The translations under genes and the position numbers were made by a program. A DNA stretch of 64,000 bases from Azolla caroliniana (taxonomy: Eukaryota > Plantae > Polypodiophyta): positions 6,510,001 to 6,574,000 of the forward strand of contig JBHGNT010000005.1 in NCBI GenBank assembly GCA_043228905.1, written 5' to 3'. Below, in pieces: positions 61,693 through 64,000 of the stretch (the stretch's first letter is position 1; each line of letters opens with the position of its first letter). The notes under the pieces are model-generated. The model was not told the DNA's origin and did not search any database. It saw nothing but the letters and a program-made list of their open reading frames with translations.

Positions 61693-63320
61693 GCGCGTCC
61701 AGCTCCCCTCGGTCAGCCACGATCTTACCCACACACCCATACTAGCAAATCACATCTTCAATCAGGAACCTTCATATGACTGCGGTGGTCTTGTTTGCTA
61801 AGGCCCAACCCTCCACCTGGTTCATCACATCTTCCACCTAGCACCCGGAGGACATACGAGCCTTTGCGAGGAATGCATGTGGCGAGAGATGGAGCGGTGA
61901 GGTGCTGGTATCGACGGATGATCGGCGAACATGGAAGGCTATGTCTTGAGAACCGGAGGAGGTGCGTGGAGAGCAACGGGCTACGCGCCGGGAAGAGGAA
62001 GCGCGGCGTCCCGGAAGGCATGCGAGGCCAAGCGGGCCAAGAGGATGAGAGTTGGGATGAAGCGGTGACGGGAGTTGCGAAGGACACTGACATGGTGGTC
62101 GGGATGACGGTACGCTCTACGGCGAGAGGGCACGTCGAGCGAGGGAGAAGCAAGGAGCGCGTAACGGGGTCACGTAAGGACCAAAGCACGAGCGCGCATT
62201 TGATGGACGACAACGACGCACGGAAAGTGCCTATGGAAGCCGAGCGCAGAACGAAGGGAGTCAGTACGAGGTGTTCGGGGCGAGGAGAAGGTCGAGCCGG
62301 AGGTGGAACACACGTGATACGCGAGGAGCGGCACCCGGCGAGCAATCGAAGTAATCGGGGGTCTAACCGAAGGACATGCGTGGTGAGCGAAGGAAGGGAG
62401 ACCGGATCGGCAACGGTGTTTGGGATGGCCGGTTGAAGAAGAAGGTGCGTGCACCGGACATGGTGGATCGGATGGAGCCGGCGGGTCGGGGCCAGTAAGG
62501 AGCCGGCAAGACGGATCGGTGCTGGCAAGGGACCAGCAAGACGGTTGGGTGCCGGTAAGGCGAAAGACCCGGTTGATCACCATCGCCGAAATCTCTCACC
62601 CTTTTCCTTTCTTGGCACATACCGGTGGATGTGCGGTTTGGTGGGGGTGGATGTCGTGAAGATTTCCGGCTATAGTGTGAAACCGGGGTGGAATGGGCAA
62701 ATCGGTGGAGTGAAACATGTGCACGTGTATACTAGGAAATGGTGTGTAGAAAGAAGAGGGGAATTTTATCCCACATTGTAAGGTTCCCCCTTCCTTGGGC
62801 TATAAAATGAAGGGAGGGGTCACTTATGAGGGGTTGCCTATTTTGAGGGAGAGAGGCATACCACTTAGGTCGAGGGTTTCCTATTCGGTTTTAGGGTTTC
62901 GGTTAGGGTTTTCTTCTTGGGTTTTCCTTTAAGGTTTTCTTATAGTCGTTTGGTGCGGCCATGGCGGCCACCATTGTTGTAATCATTCACTTGTTTTTAA
63001 TATAGCTTGTTGTGGATCTTGCTTCCACCTATTTTGGTCTACGCTTATGTGCTACTCTTCATCTTCTCATCCGGTGTTAAGCTTCCATTTCTCATATCTT
63101 ATTCTTTCTCCTCTACTCCCTAGTCCAAGACCCCCGTGGTCCCGCCCTTCTACACGCACGCGCGTAACAATGCGACAACGCGTCTAGCTCCCCTCGGTCA
63201 GCCACGATCTTACCCACACACCCATACTAGCAAATCACATCTTCAATCAGGAACCTTCATACGACTGCGGTGGTCTTGTTTGCTAAGGCCCAACCCTCCA
63301 CCTGGTTCATTAGATCTTCC
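61693..63320 (+). repeat. ~143-bp direct duplication (61693-61835 and 63178-63320) flanking M
   Basis: CGCGTC(C/T)AGCTCCCCTCGG...CCACCTGGTTCAT is present on both sides. Confidence 0.92.
61836..63177 (+). mobile_element. 3' part of B-family element M: internal region, PPT and 3' LTR (62652-63177)
   Basis: TGTCGTGAAG...AATGCGACA termini and the same pre-PPT motif as B and D. Confidence 0.87.
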
Positions 63321-64000
63321 CTTGCAAGCACCAGGTACTACATCTGTCCTACCCCCATCGAAATCGTCACTAAATCAACCATCGACTTGAAGTGAATGGT
63401 CGGTGGGTAGGTGGAGTGTAGCTCATCGCGGTACCGGATACCAGAATGCATCTGACAGCTTTCGCATGTCGTCATGAAGTGGTGCGGGTCACGATACATC
63501 CCCGACCACCAATACTTCTCCTTCAGCTTCTCGAATGTGGCCCATGTTCCCCAGTGTCCGGACCAGGGGCTTTCGTGAAACTTCTATAGGAGCACCGACC
63601 AGTCTTCTTCCTTCATCACCACTTGGAGCGGTGTGTCGGTCCGTCTCCTCGAGTGCTTCCATATCTTACCGTCCCGTATGAAGAACCGGTAAGCCTTCTT
63701 TCGGATCCAACTCGCTTCATCCTTCGTCCATCCCGCGTCTGTCTTTAATGTGCTCAAGAACTTACCAATCTGGAGCCACTCCCCGTCGTAGTCATTCTCA
63801 TTGAACTTGTTCAGTGCCAGAGTGCTCCGTTTGTTCGCGGAAATTCGAGTCGATCGGAAGAAGTTCACGCCAACTTCTTCGTCTTCTGACACCATGCCAT
63901 CCTCGTTCTTGAACCATGCGATCCACCTGAGCATCGCCAGGTCTGGAGTCGTGTATCTGGAAACCATACCAAGAATCGGTAGACAGTCCGTCTCGATTAT

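Larger units (their letters stand above)
61215..64000 (-). mobile_element. B-family gypsy pol fragment N (RNase H end and integrase), deleted and interrupted by M
   Basis: FHESPWSGHWGTWATFEKLKEKYWW zinc-finger region; VDWSEEMSREGLLAARIRQL and VTSANNNAAYHLAELD match the integrase of D. Confidence 0.85.

Noticed and set aside
61758-62528. 256-aa antisense ORF in the 3' region of M
   Set aside because: GC-rich sequence open in several frames; it crosses the M/N junction and has no clear counterpart in B or D

Overview
Eukaryotic, repeat-dense plant DNA. It is probably from a fern or other non-seed plant, inferred from the PLS-type PPR fragment and the retroelement families. 1-25 kb is a stack of nested LTR retrotransposons that can be ordered from LTR termini, primer-binding sites and target-site duplications: Tork-like copia G < copia A < gypsy B < non-coding element C < gypsy D < complete copia E. 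Beside it lie copia F and LTR relics. 25-28.8 kb holds PPR and MAP-kinase gene fragments, a (TA)n tract and a MITE. 28.8-42.3 kb is a Tork-like copia (H) interrupted by a non-chromovirus gypsy (K), which carries an extra 3' ORF, a solo LTR and a LINE 3' end. 42-61 kb is AT-rich, with one candidate orphan host gene and a full-length decayed L1-type LINE with a 15-bp TSD. 61-64 kb has more gypsy fragments. The most notable system is the recurring TGTCG...CGACA gypsy family (B, D, I, J, L, M, N). It primes on tRNA-Trp, makes 4-bp TSDs centred on CpG, and keeps a covarying stem-loop with a palindromic ACCGGT loop just before an atypical PPT. Element letters are my own labels, and all family assignments come from motif recognition rather than database searches.
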